Origin: Epiperipatus broadwayi
Taxonomy: Eukaryota; Animalia; Onychophora
Reading direction: 5' to 3'
Assembly: GCA_028023455.1 (NCBI GenBank)
Contig: JAQFVV010000007.1
Span: 1,922,001 to 1,986,000 of the forward strand
DNA: 64,000 nt
Shown: one piece after another, positions 14,110 through 28,000 of the stretch
Position numbering within the stretch: the stretch's first letter is position 1
How the letters are laid out: each line of letters begins with the position of its first letter
The notes under the pieces: model-generated
Seen by the model: only the letters and a program-made list of their open reading frames with translations
The model's database searches: none
Told to the model about the DNA's origin: nothing
Position numbers and translations under genes: made by a program

Positions 14110-15170
14110 TGATTATACAGCCTTTCACCTGTGATATAAAAAAAATACACATAGTTTTACAAATTAGTAAAAAAAAAATCATTACTTAACAAGTGATTAT
14201 TATCTCACTAGAAAAATGTTTTTCCGTTGGGCAATTTATCTAGATGAAGAACTTGATCCATTCGTAGTTCATGAAGCAAATTTAAAATAAGAAACACATT
14301 TTATTATTTCATTTATAAAAAAAAAAATTGCCTCCATTCTGGTGCAATTATTAAATTAGGCAAAGAAAATATAGCAGCATTGGATGTTAACTCTTTCTTG
14401 AATTAAACTGCTATAATTTTGGGATCCAAGAAAACAATACATATTTTAACATGACGAATATTTGACGATAGATGATCACATATATAATTCTTTTCTTTTT
14501 ACTATTGGCGATACGTATCATTTTTAGCTAGCTGGCTTAGGAATAAAACTAATGCGCAAATTTTCCAAAATATTATTATTATAAGGACTGCAGCTGACTT
14601 ACGTGGATATGAAGTTTTAACGACTCCAATTGATGTATAATATAACATATTATTTTATAGTTATAATTAAGTCATTATTGTTTGTAGTTTTTATTCCTAC
14701 TCTAGGAATTATAATTTTTCTTTAATAATGAATTATCTGTAAAATGCACACATACAAATTTTCTGATATTTGCCTTGAGAAAATTTATATTTTCTTTTTA
14801 AAAAATATACAGGTGCATAAGTAAATATCCTTGATCATTAATATTATTTTTAGATAATTTTCAGTGAATAAAACATATTTTAATGTGGGGAACTTATGTT
14901 ATTTCAAAGCAGACAATTTCCTTTTAGAAAGAGCGCGAAATTTTATAGTTAACTTTCCTTGGCTTTTCTAATATGTCTTTTTAATTATAATTTTTCTTTT
15001 ATACCACAAAAAGATTATTAAATAAGGTAAAGTTAACAAATCATTGATTATTTCATGGAAATTACTTATAGTACTTGTTTTAAATATAATGACACTTTCC
15101 GTGATTGCTGTAGCCAATACGGTCATTTTGAACTCTAGCATAAGATAGTACATTTTTGCGTATAAAAAGC
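14110..15170 (+). mobile_element. Highly decayed Penelope-like RT remnant (cryptic copy b)
   Basis: Ordered motif-like pieces: PFTCDIKKIH (about 14120-14150), YLDEELDPFV..NLK*ETHF (14237 onward), AALDVNSF (14374 onward), LAGLG, TYVD (14597) and DCCSQYG (about 15100). Confidence 0.45.
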
Positions 15171-15910
15171 TTTAAAATAGGTAGATGGCACCAGAAAACA
15201 GAATATCTTATCAAATAGGATTAACAATGCATGATATTATTAAAAATTTACTGGACTTATATTTATTTCTGCAATAAAAAATATAAAAAATTTGTTACCG
15301 AATTTCAGTACTGCTTCCTCCTTGTAAAACTAAAGTCAGACTAAACTTTCCTCAAAATTTGGCGGTCTTGTTTTAGCAACCTCTTACAGAAAAATAATCA
15401 TTTAATTATACATAAACAAAAGAAAAGAAAAAAACCCCATTACAATCATATAGTTTTCCGTATGATTTAAATGAATTACAAAGTAATTTGATAAATAATG
15501 AAAAATAATAAATATACTCAATTAATAATTAGTGATGTATATTGCTTTTAAATATGATTTTCTACAAAAATAAATTATCAGAAGTTATTGTGCTGTATTG
15601 ATAAGATACTCATCTACTCATCCCCCTCCCATCCAAATCAATTACTGTTTATGATATGTGCTTTTATACTATATTGAATTGCTCTTATTGTTAATATTTT
15701 AATTAAATTATTCATGCTCTTCTTCAAAATGACATCAAATTACTAAATTTTTTAGTTATTTGCTTAAAACACGTTAAAGTGAGTAAATATTATACTTTAT
15801 TAATCACTTAATATTATTATTATTTTACTTTTTTATTTCCTAGAAAAGGATTGCATTGTTTTTCCTGTGGAAATAATGCTAAATAAACCAAGTGTCACTA
15901 ACACTAGGTT

Positions 15911-16018
<108 letters not shown>

Positions 16019-16499
16019 AAGTTTCCTTGCTAATAGTGGAAGCACATACATATTAATTATTCATTGTTTTATAAAATAATGTATTTAGGTGATAATAGTT
16101 TGAGATTAAGTAAAAGAATAAAAGTTTATAAAAATAGAATTAGAAAAAACTATCTTCATTCTGCTTCATACATCTATGAAAAAGAAAAAAGTCATAAAAT
16201 TGTTTGAAAAAGCTAAAGCTGTCTTCCTTGAAATAAATGAAATAACCAAAAAGAATTAAAGGTTCTTTATTATTAAAAATTTATGAAACTGAAGCAATTA
16301 ATTTATTTAAAAGTTTTTTTAATATTGAAAGTGTAATTATAAATTGTGAAAAATTTAATTAGTATATATTTTTTGATGTGTTTTGTATTCTTTTGCACTT
16401 GAGAAGTCTGCTTTGACAAGGAAACCATTGACTATGTTAAGAATTTTTTAGTATTTAAGTTTTGGCTAGACTTGTGTAATTTTGAATATTTGAGGTAAT

Positions 16500-16705
16500 T
16501 GAGTGAGTGTGTGAGTGAGTGAGTGGGTTGATTGATTGGTTGGTTGGATGGTTGGTTGGTTAATTGGTTGGTTGTTTGGTTGGTTGGTTGGTTAGTTAGT
16601 TAGTTAGTTAGGTAGATAGATAGATAGATGGATGGATGAATGGATAGATAGTATAGAGAAATGTATATAGAGGGATGGATGGATAGATAAATAATAGATA
16701 GATAA
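16500..16705. repeat. Compound tetranucleotide microsatellite
   Basis: Successive (GAGT)n, (TGGT)n, (TAGT)n, (TAGA)n and (GGAT)n blocks. Confidence 0.85.
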
Positions 16706-19379
16706 ATACACATTATTTGAATTTAACATTCAATTAGTTTATTAAATATTTAATTTAAATTTAAAATTAATTAATATTTTTGTTGAATTCTTTTTCAAGC
16801 CATGAATGCTGTTGGTTGAGGAACTTGGGTATAACATATGATTGGCACAGTCAAAAAGTTGCTAATTAATATAGTAATTGGCACAGTTCATGAACCATTT
16901 ATAATATAGAGCATTAAACAGTGTGGCAATTGCATCTGGTAAGTATTATAACAGTCAGGGATGATACACTTACCATATCTGCTGTACAGGGTGCCACCAG
17001 GCCATTTGAACCATGAAAATTTATATAGTAGGCAGATATATATTGGTAAGATCCAAATTTTATTTTATTATGTTGAACATTAGCCCATGCTACTAGGTCA
17101 AGGAGATGCAGAGATTTATAATATATAACTTCTTAAACATTTTAATAAAGAAAAGATTTAAATTCTTAAAATATATTTTTTAATATCAAAAATAAATAAA
17201 ATAAGCCACTACCTGTAATAACACACAAAAAACATTTATTGACACACATAGATAAATTTGAGAAATAAATTTAGACATTATTAATTTTAAATTTAAATTA
17301 TTATATTAGAAAGTCCACACAGATGGACATTTTAATAATATTTTTACTTTAGAATGTTGAGTATAGATAGGCTACATAGATTACACAATTAAAACTTTTC
17401 AAAAACAATCCTTCAACCTCAGACTAAAAGTTCATAGCCAAACCAATGCCTGCTTCCTGATATATGGATGTAACCAATGCAATATGAAGATGCTAGCATA
17501 AAACCACACTGACAGGTATATGCATCTGCAGTGTTTTAGGATTACTTATCACTTAGACATTTATCATATTTAATATTTGCTTTGATAATCCACAATTGAA
17601 GAGTGGAATTTAAATATTTTGCTTTCCCAATCCATTGAATGTTATTTAAATATTTAGTGTTGATAATTAAGTCTTGTCCAGTACAGGACTGTTTGTCTGT
17701 CTGGAAAAGGAAATCATTTGGAAAATATATATATTAAAGATGCTCTGCAATGGTGAATTGCGGACTTGGCCATCTTATTATTAACACCCAGAGCAAAAGT
17801 GAAATAAAGGGGCAGGAAATACATTTGCATTCATTGCAGTGTGATGACTACACCTTTGGGTCATGCATTCAATTGGGCTTTGTTCTGTATGCTAAACATG
17901 CTTCATATTACAATGATATTAACACCCACATATCCTTCCACCAACACAGACCCAACTATGAAACAAATAGTCTGTAATCAAAGCCCTTTAAAATAAACAT
18001 AAACGAATTTAAATATAAAGTTATTAATTGAAAATTGCTGAGGGAAATTTACAATACAGTAAACCCAATGACACTCATCATAAGGTGATTTACAACAACA
18101 AATTAAAAGATATACCAGAAAATATGGTTAGATACTCAGCATGATGTGTCATATTTACCGATATATATTTTTCATATATAAAAATATTAAGAAATAAATA
18201 ACATAATGAATCTATGCAGCTATCTACATCCAACTTAAAATTTAATACATTTTAATGATTTAGTTAATAAATATTAATAAAGAAAATGGAAATGATCGAA
18301 TTGGCTAACATATATAAAAATAAATATTAATAACTGTAACCTTGCATGTTTGTCAGATAAGAGTTTATGATTTAAACTTGGTAAGGCCTTAATTATTAAA
18401 AGATGATTCAAAGTTCATTTAGTGAAAGTTTGTAATAATTAGAGTTCATAATTTATAGTTTATATGTTACAATAGAGGAGCTCCTGGTTCCTTGTGCCAT
18501 TTCTCACAAAGCCTTATATTATTCATACTTTCTTGTTCATGCTGTAGTTATCAATCCGGAGACAGCCATAGCTGGTTCAATCCTAGAAACTATTTTATTG
18601 CAGTACTCATTTGATTCAGGGTCTGCAATAGTGCCATTCATATTTCAACAGTCTCTTCATTTGAAAATAGTAAGAGAGTAAAAAGTACATCTTTTCTCCC
18701 TCCTCCTCAAAAATCAACCTGGAACTGTTCTTAATTTGAATTTTTTTAATAATATTAATCCTTTGGATTCACTGACCATAGTTTCCTGTTCTGGTGGTTT
18801 TCATTGACCTTTCTCAAGTGGGTAATGCAATATTTTTTATTTTTTATCTCTTATCTGATCTTTAATTATAAATTTGTCCTAAGGGCTCATTTACTTTAGA
18901 TTAATTAAAAATAACAATCATTTCCATTTTGAATTTTAACACAATAGAAAGTAATTTAATTATTGTACATTCTTAAAAATATATTTGTATTTTTAAATCT
19001 TTAAGTTTTTACTTAAAATTTAGTTTTAAAATACTTTTTTTTTAAATAAAGTTTTCTTTTAATAATTTTCCATCTGTGCGATTTATACATGTTTTTGCAA
19101 GCTTTTAGTTTTTGATTTTTAATTCTAACTTTTATTTGCGAACATTTATACTTTGATTTTTTTTTTAAAAAAATAATGTAACGGCATGTGTGGCCATTAC
19201 AGTATACAGTTAAGAATAGAAATATTTGACATTAATAACCTCTCTGAGCAATATATCTATATAAAGCATTATAGACAAGTATTTTATAATTAATAATGCT
19301 AAAGATAATGTTATGAAAGTTTCCACATTAATTATTTTCAGCAGTCATAGATTATTTGATATTTTTACTCTGTAAACTG

Positions 19380-21240
19380 GATGATCCAGAATGTTTACCT
19401 CATGCAGAATTTAGTAAAACAGCTGAGTAATTGCAGTATGCCTTTATTTATATAATAGGCACCAAAGGAGTAAATGAAAGGTAGAGATTGACATAAATTT
19501 TAAGAGACCTGCCGATGAATTGTGTGTATAGAGATCATATGAAATAAGCAATGTTGGAATCTTTGATGACAAGCTTTGGAAGTAATTATTGGCCAAATGG
19601 AAGCCATCAAAACAGGAACTTCCCATAATCTAATTCCTAATCAAGCAAAAGATTTACAGAAATTTAGCATGGTTGATCTCAAACAAACATTTATTCTAAA
19701 AGCAAAAAAGTCTAAACAACAGAAAAAGAGAAACTTGAAATGCTACTGTTATAAAAAACTTGGGTATATGGTATAAAAATGCAATTAACAAAATGACAAG
19801 TGCAAAAATTATCATAAATCAGGCCACCTAGACAAAGTATTCTGAATAAAAATCAAAGAATATATAAGAAAAAATAAGTACAAGTAAAGTTAGACCAACT
19901 AAACTGAAAGTTGAAGTCAACATGGCTGACATAGGCAGCTTCCAGCAATTAATTGTGACAGTGTGAATTTATAAATAATCAGTAAAAATGAAAGAAGTTA
20001 ACAGTGATAAGATATTTCTTATGTCTCAAAAGGATTGAACTTTGTCCAATAATATTGATAAAAAAATTAGACATGCACTATCAGGACTTTCAGACATGTG
20101 TGAGTTTGAGCAGAAAATTATGGAGGTCAACTATACACATTAAAACAACATCTTAATAGTAGCTAAATGGACTAAAAGGGATGCTAGCTATCAAGTATTA
20201 AAGAGACAGATTAAACATAAATGGCCTAAAAGTCAACTTAAGTATGAAGCAAAACAAATAAACATATGTGAAAGCCTATCAAGGTGCAATTATTTTACCC
20301 TAATGACAGACAAGGTACTTATAGTAACTGAAGTCAGAAAACAAGTTCTAGTTTTACTTCATAAAAGATACCCAAGTATAGTGAAAATGAAGGAATTAGT
20401 GTGGTCATACATGTCATGGTCAAATATGAGTCAAGAAATGGAGCAGACAAAACAAACATTGTCAAGACTGCCAACCCACCACTAAATTGTCAACCAAGAA
20501 AATTAGAATCTTGATTGAAAGTAACCCAAAACATTGTAAAAACTACATTTGAATCATGTCAGACCATTATTTTAGTTATTGACACATCCTCTAAATAGAC
20601 AGACTACAAAATGTAAATGAAATATTCTCTTATCACAAATATTCTGAAGCTGTAATGTTTGATAATGGAGTTGATTTTATGTCTATGCAGTTTAAAAAAC
20701 TTTTTGGCTAGTAAAGGGTTACATCATATATTAAACCACCATTAATCAAATTACCTAATTAAAAAGATTGTACAGCAATTAAAGACCATGTTAAGTACAG
20801 CCTCCTATAAGGATATCAACAAAGCATGCCAGATGCAATGTTTGTTAGCGTTTCATTCTTTTCACATCTACTAAAACTTCACCAGTTGAAATGCATCAAA
20901 AGTTTTGAACACATGTTTCAGTATTAGGCCATAATAAGAACATGATTAAACAAGATCATTTTGACACTGAAACTGTACTGTATGAATGTGAGATATACTG
21001 AAAAAGTGGCTTTCTAGAGTGATTGTAAAGGTTATATCAAAACAATCAAGATTCAGTTGTCTAATACACAGTTGGCAAACTATGTCTCATGACCCAAATG
21101 TAGCTCATTGATTCCAAACTCATGATTCTTTTCATTATGATAAACACATTTTTTATTTCCTTTTATAATTTGTAATTTAATAATTTGATAACATTAAGAG
21201 AGGGAAAATGTGTATTACAACTTTGTTTCTTGAATTCAGT
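19380..21240 (+). mobile_element. Decayed, internally deleted Gypsy element
   Basis: Zinc-knuckle remnant KCYCYKKLGYMV (ORF 19576-19776) and integrase-region VLVLLHKRYPSIVKMKELVWSYMSWSNM (ORF 20303-20485). A polypurine tract AAGAGAGGGAAAA (21196-21208) is followed by TGTG, the probable 3' LTR start, which is cut by the RTE LINE. Confidence 0.65.
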
Positions 21241-22163
21241 CTTATTCATCATCATCAACCATTATCAATCCATTGTAGGATGAAGGTTTCTCCAAGTTCA
21301 ATCCAACTTCTCCAACCTTTAGCTTCTCTTTTCCACATCACCCTGCACACTTTCTTATTTTAGCTATCTGTCTCACATGTGGTCTTTTTCTGGGTCTTTT
21401 ACAATCTCTTGGAATCCAGCTTACGATTTTAATTGTCCATCTATTATCATCTCTTCTATAAATATGTTCAGCCCAAGTCCAGTCTTTTAATTTTTTCAAT
21501 GAGGTCAGTAACACCTGTTTATTATCTTACCCATATATTGTCTTTTCAATCTCTTCTTGTTACTCTGAGCATGCATCTCTCCATACTTCTTTGAGTAGTC
21601 TAAAGTGTCTCCATTGCTTTTCTATTAAGTGTCAAAGTTGCAGATCCATAAGTAAAAACTGGTAAAACACATTTATTAAAAACCTTCCTTTTCAAACACA
21701 TAAGCATATTTCCTTTTAGTATCAAATTATTTCTACCAAAAGCTCTCCAATCAAGTTTCATTCTATGATTAATTTCATCCATTATGTTTGCATCTGTATT
21801 AATAATCTGACTAAGGTATTTGTAGCTGTTAACTTCTTCTAACTCATCATAATCAATCCTTATTTTCATATTATGAGAAAATCCATTGAACATTACTTTA
21901 GTCTTTGTAACATTTATCTTTAGGCCTACTTTCATCTGACAACTCCTGCAACATTTCCTGCTGCTCTAAAGCATTATTTGCAAAAACAACTACATCATTT
22001 GCAAAATCTAAATGACTTAAATAATTTCCATTTAGTTTCACTCCTTTAGCTTCCCATTTTAATCCACAAAATACTTCTTGCAGCACTACTATAAAACGTT
22101 TTGGAGATATGGAGTCATCCTTTCTTACCCTCTTCTCAATGTTGACTTTCCTAGAATTATTAT

Positions 22164-22577
22164 AATGTATAGGTTATATGAGCACAGACTTTCACATGAC
22201 CCACCACTCTCCACACTATCTCATAACATTGATATACTTAATTACATATATGTTGAAAAGATAAATAATCACCAATAAACGTATTTCATGCTAAAGCAGC
22301 AATCATTAGTTGGTCCAGATTATCATCTCAACACATATATACTATAAGTTCTCAGATAATATATTAAGATAGCCAAACCTCATACTTTAATGGACAGGCT
22401 TCAATCTACTCTACACTCCACTTCTTCAACCATCCATCCAATTGAAAATCTGATGATGGAATGCTCAAAGACCACCCTGAGGCCAAGATTCTTGTCACAC
22501 CCATGTTTACCTAAGGTCAATCTGACCCCTCATGTACAGGACATAATCCATTTAATACATATACAAGGGATTGACAT
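22164..22577. mobile_element. Unclassified 414-bp insertion with 9-bp target-site duplication inside the RTE LINE
   Basis: AATTATTAT at 22155-22163 and 22578-22586. Removing the insert and one copy restores the RTE reading IRLHNNSRKVNIEKRVR. Confidence 0.75.
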
Positions 22578-22612
22578 AATTATTATGTAATCTAATTGTT
22601 GCTGTTTCATTT

Positions 22613-22689
22613 TTATAAATATTCAAAATATGACAATGTCCTGGATCTGTTATAAATATTCAAAATATGACAATGTCCTGGATCTGTTA
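22613..22689. repeat. 37-bp tandem duplication within RTE LINE
   Basis: TTATAAATATTCAAAATATGACAATGTCCTGGATCTG at 22613 and 22650. Confidence 0.9.
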
Positions 22690-24520
22690 CTTGATGATCC
22701 AATACTTTAATCACTGAAGAAATGTTTATAGAATCAAATGCCTTTTCATAATATACAAATCCAAAGCACAATGGCAACTCATATTCATTTATCCTTTCTA
22801 TAACTTCTCTAAATACATGGATATTATCTACTCTACTAGAATTACTTTTAAATCCAGCTTGTTCTCTTGGTTAGTGGAAATCCAATGTTCTCTGTAGACG
22901 AGTTGTAATTATCTTGGTAAAAATTTTGTCTAAAACTGATAAAAGGTTGATAGGTCTGTAATTTCTAATATTTTCTTTATCACCTTTTTTAAATATTAAT
23001 ATTAATACTGCATCCTTTCAATCATCTGGTACCTCTTTATCATTTAGATATTTGGTATTGAAGCAGTCTGTGTGTATGCACACACAGGGCTTCATGCTTT
23101 TTATTTCAATGTGATAAGACTAGGGTGATAGATCAAATAGGTAATTTTTCACTCTTCATTATTAAAAAACAAAAGAACAATATATATATATGCAGATGTG
23201 CATATGGTTAAACTATAGTACACATATATATTGTTAACATTGAAATGCATTTTCATTTATGTATTTGGAAAAGGGAATACATTTTTGTATGTTTTTCTAA
23301 AAAAAATAGAACAATAAAGTGAGTCATTTTGTAATTAAAACATTTACTCACAGTGTTTCTAAACATTTAGCTAAAGTCTCGAATTTCTTTAAGTCTTTGG
23401 CAGAACTTTGTAAAAAGACATTTTCATAAAGGTGCAAATGACTTCTTGTTTTGAGGAGCAGTTAAGTCCTCTGACATGATTATGATAATAGGGGTTTCTT
23501 AGATGGGTGTTAATTAAGAATTAGTCAACATAAGTGTATTTTCTTTTCCAACAAAGGTAACTTCTAAACAGAAAAAAATAATCTAGGAAATTAAAAAGGT
23601 ACCAAAAAGTTTGTAAATTAAAGTAATATTCAGTGGTTTGCTGGGAAAATTTGGTTTTGATATGCATATAAATACTGGATAATATTTCGTATTTTTTTCT
23701 GAACTGCTGAGTGTAAAAGTCTTCATCCTAGTTTCACATATTATAATAGCTCATGAATAATGGCAAAGTTAGCCTTCCCTGTCAGAGGATCTTAAGGGGA
23801 AAAGAGTGCATCTTTGGTGTGAAGAGAACCTGTCAATTCCATGATAGTGCTGCATAAGAATGGGAGAATGTACCAGTTTCAAACCAAATCCTTTTCTGGT
23901 ATCCAGTAAACCAAGAGCCTTCCCAGAACTAAGTCTCAATCTGTAAGAAGATAATTGCACCATCCTGCTTCATCAAAGTCATCATCCATAAACAGCTGCC
24001 AATGCAAGTAATGAAAGGTAAAATATTTAGAATGCATTTTATAAGCTCTATAATATATAAATTTAACACCTCAACCTCACAACTACTCTGTAACAAAATC
24101 TTCATTCCAAAGGGAAATGTAATTTAGAAACAATCCATATATAATTTGGTAACCCTCTGTTAACAAACCAGTTTATACCAGAATTTATTTTCTAATTGTA
24201 AATGGTACAAAATTCTGTAAACTTTATAGCATTGATTTTTTTATAATTTGTTTTTAAGCAGCCATGTCACGTTTTTTTAGTTATTAATATATGTATTTTA
24301 TTGGTTTTAATATTATCTATATTGTTATTAATACACCAAACTCAACAAGTATTGACAGAATAATATTTTAATATTTAATCAATTAAGGCATATATTGTGT
24401 TCATTTTGTCTCCAATATTTAGTATGGGGAGAAATAATTATTTTAGAACTTTAATTACAAGCTTGATTTTCATAAATCATTCATCCAAATCCTTGCTAGC
24501 TAAAATTTGTCATTTGTTTG

Positions 24521-25093
24521 TGTTGTGTTTGGTTAGGCTTACAGGTTTATTCCAAATCAACAGATGCAAAAAGAAACAACTACCTAACAGTTAATACGTA
24601 AAATTTATTAGTACTAAAAATATACACACTTGTTAGTTAAACAATAATATACTTATATTGCTTATACACATTAATGCTAGTCATGCCACTTAATGGAACT
24701 CACATCTAGCTAATGATTAGCCTCTCTTGTGATCTCTGGTAAGACTCTTCCAGCTATGTATTTAGCTTGCCTTGAGTAGAGGGTGGATGTAGCAGTTTCC
24801 AGTTTGTAGGTGGACTTGTCTCACTGTGTAGATGTCATGATAAAGAGAAGAGATACTATGACAGAGGGTTTAATGGAGAGCATGTTCAGTCATTCAGGTT
24901 GACAAAAGTATTTGCTATCTGACCTGTCTCCAAAAAGCTGATTATTTAATGGCAGATTTCCTACCTTACTGGAAACATGGGAATTTGGTGTGCAAACCCC
25001 AGTGAAGAATTTAATTGGATAGCAACTGGGTGCAAGCTGATCAGGTAAGAAATCTGTAATAGTCCACTTTTAAAGGCAAGGTCAGATATGATA
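24521..25093 (-). repeat. 3' LTR of Gypsy element 24521-29965
   Basis: Begins TGTTGTGTTTGG and ends GTCAGATATGATA; colinear with 29372-29965. Confidence 0.9.
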
Positions 25094-28000
25094 TCTCTCC
25101 CCCTGGCTAAAATTAGTCCTGGAGGACATAGTCATCGAGATATGCTGGACAATGTATTGTCCACTTTCTTGGTTTCTCCGGTTGATTGCTGTTCCTATCT
25201 TCATCTTCCCTGCTTAAGGTATTCATCCTAGGTTGACCATTGATCTTGTTAGCTTCTGATGTGAGGTTGAATCTTAGCAAGTTGTGATGGTGATAATGAT
25301 GATGACCAATTTCTGTTTGTACAATGGCAGTGTAGAAACCCTTTATTTGAGTCACTACTGATGGTATTCATATTTTTGACTTGTAGTACATGCAGCATAG
25401 TACTTGTGTCGCTATGTGAAGTTAATTTTTTATCTACTTGTTCAAGTTTAGCATCAGGTTTCAGAGTTGATAGCATAGTTCTTAAGGGTCTGTTGAATAA
25501 CAGTTCTGCATTAATTTCAGGATGGAATGGAGGACTATTCACAAGTTCAATGTTATTAGTGCAGAAGGTTTTGAATGCACCAGATGAAAAAGCTGTGCCA
25601 TTATTAGTCACTAGTGTTTTTGGAAAACTATGTGTGGCAAATAACCTTCTTAGAGTTTCTATCATGGCTGTGGAGTGAAGTGATGGTATCTCCACAACCT
25701 TCAGCCATTTAAAGAATGAATCAACCACTATCAGCAATAGTTTGCCTTTCCATGGACCAGCATGATCCAGATGGAGTCTAGACCAGGGCCCTTCAGGTTT
25801 GGGCCACTAGTCTGTTTTGCCTTTTGCTGGAATATTCCGATTTGTCTTGCATTGCCAGCAATGGTGGACTTTTGCTTTGATGTCAGCATTTAAGACAGGC
25901 CACCACATATATGATCTTGCCAGCATCCTCATCTGAACTATCCCTGCATGTCCATAGTGCAGCAAACTGAGCATCTGGGAATGTCTGTCTGGGGTAAATT
26001 ACAACTCTGGTTCCCCAGATAAGATAGCTATGTTCTCTTGAGAGATCCAATCTATGCATTCAATAGGCTGAGTGTAACTCAACTGGTTTTTTTATTGGGC
26101 CATCACTGTTAAACCCATTTTTGTAGCTTTTGGAATTTAGGGTCATTGTTAGTCCACCCTGCCACTGATTTTCTGTTCAATGGTAATGATGGGTCTAGAT
26201 CAATCATGTTAATTGATTGACTTGATAATGTTGGACTGTCTGCCACTTCTGCAGGCAGTCGGCATAATGCATCTATATGAGGGATATGCTTTCCCTCAAC
26301 ATATTGAAGGTAAAGTCATAGCCTGATAAAAAATTAAACCACTGTGGTGATGCATATTCTCTTATCAGGTGCAAAAATTCCACAAGAGATTTATGATGGT
26401 CTACCATATAGGTTGTCATGAAACTTTTTGATCACATTGATCAAAGCCAGGGCCTCTCTAACTATTTGAGCATAGTTTTTCTCAGCTCTAGAAAGGCACT
26501 TTGATGCCAAAGCAATAGGGCTGTGTGTTCCATCATTATTCCTATTGGGACAACACTGCCCCTGTTCCCACAGGTGATGCATAGTATGTCAGCACACACA
26601 CTTTCTGGGTTGAAGTGTGCCTGTACTGTAATATCTGATATTAGATTCTTTAGCATCTTAAATGCATTGTCATGCTTATTATCCCACTTCCATGCTCCTT
26701 TTTTATTTAGTAGCCTGCTTAATGGTTCAGCAGCCTCTGTTTTAAAAGCCTTCATAATAGTTTAGTACTGAAAAGGACTGAAGTTTCTTCTTATTTTCTG
26801 GTGTTTTGGCTTTCTTTATTGCCATCATCCTCTTTTGAGTTGGGTGAATGTCACTAACATTTATTTTATACCCCAAAACTCAAGCTCTCTGGCTTCAAAT
26901 ATGCACTTCTCTGAGTTTATTTTAATTCCAGAGGCTTTGAATTTATCTGGGAGTTCTTTGGTGGCTCTCCAGAGTTGTTCAGGAGTTTGGGCCACTAGTA
27001 AGACATCATCAAAGTATTGCAGTGCACCCATTTCCACAGTCAGTTGGTCCACAACTCTGTGGAATATTTCCAGGGTGACCAAAATACCAAAAGTAGTCAG
27101 TTTATTTTGAATAACCCCTTATGGGTTATTATTGATAATACTCTTGCAGCCTGGTCATCTACAGGTAGTTGCAAGTATGCATGCTTTGGGTCAATTTTGG
27201 AAAAAAACCCTACCACCTGACAATGTGGCTAGAATTTGCTTGATGGCATGATGACAGTGGGTAATATTATCTGGATCAAGTGCTTTGTTGATTGTACAAT
27301 GTTAATCTCCACATATCTGTATATCATCATTCTCTTTGATAACGGTACTATAGAGGTGGCTCATTCAGAATAGGAAATGGACTCAATTATACCAGCTGTC
27401 TGCCACTTCTCAAGCTCTGTCTTTACTTTGGTACAGAAAGCTAATGGAAGTGATCTGCACCTACACCTGATAGGTTTTACATCTTCATTTAGTGATAAAT
27501 GGATTGTTTGCCCCAAGTACAGACTTATCTCTTTGTTAAAGACTTCTGAGAAATCAGATTTTATTTTTAATAATGTTGTGATCTGATTCACTTTTTTTAC
27601 TTTGAATCCTAAATGACTGAATCAGTCATGGCCAGTTAAATCATTATAGTTACCTAATGCCACTACCAGTGGTAGGTATATAGTTTTGTTAGGCATAGTA
27701 ATTTTTTCTGTTATTTAATCCAACAGTTTAATTTTATTCCCTTGATAGTCTGATATTGACTTATATTTATTCTTTTTTAATGATTTCCCAGGTACTTCTT
27801 GAAACTATAGATACTGCTGACCCTGTGTCAAGTTACATCTTGACTGGTGTATCATTAATTATGACAGTGTGTGTAAATCCAGACTTGTCATCTCTGATAT
27901 GGTTTATACAGTCAACATGCTAATGTATCTTATAAGTGCCTTTACTGTTTTTGGGAATAGGTGTTTCTATTTTTGACTTGACTGTTTGCTTTTTCAATTT

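Larger units (their letters stand above)
21245..23050 (-). mobile_element. 5'-truncated RTE-clade LINE (RT domain)
   Basis: Minus strand gives LIFKKGDKENIRNYRPI, YYEKAFDS, VRKDDSISP, LDFANDVVVF (ORF 21898-22086) and KVGLKINVTKTKVM..YKYL (ORF 21600-21935), with a (GAT)n-like 3' tail near 21247-21255. Confidence 0.85.

Noticed and set aside
12100-14420. Protein-primed DNA polymerase B / Polinton reading (HN..FDY, FRGG, LDVNS)
   Set aside because: Motifs are not in a consistent order or spacing, and no KxxxNxxYG or YxDTDS was found. PLE RT motifs explain the region better, though it is not fully excluded.
22450-22456. Canonical hammerhead core CTGATGA inside the 414-bp insertion
   Set aside because: No stem II followed by GAAA and an NUH site downstream.
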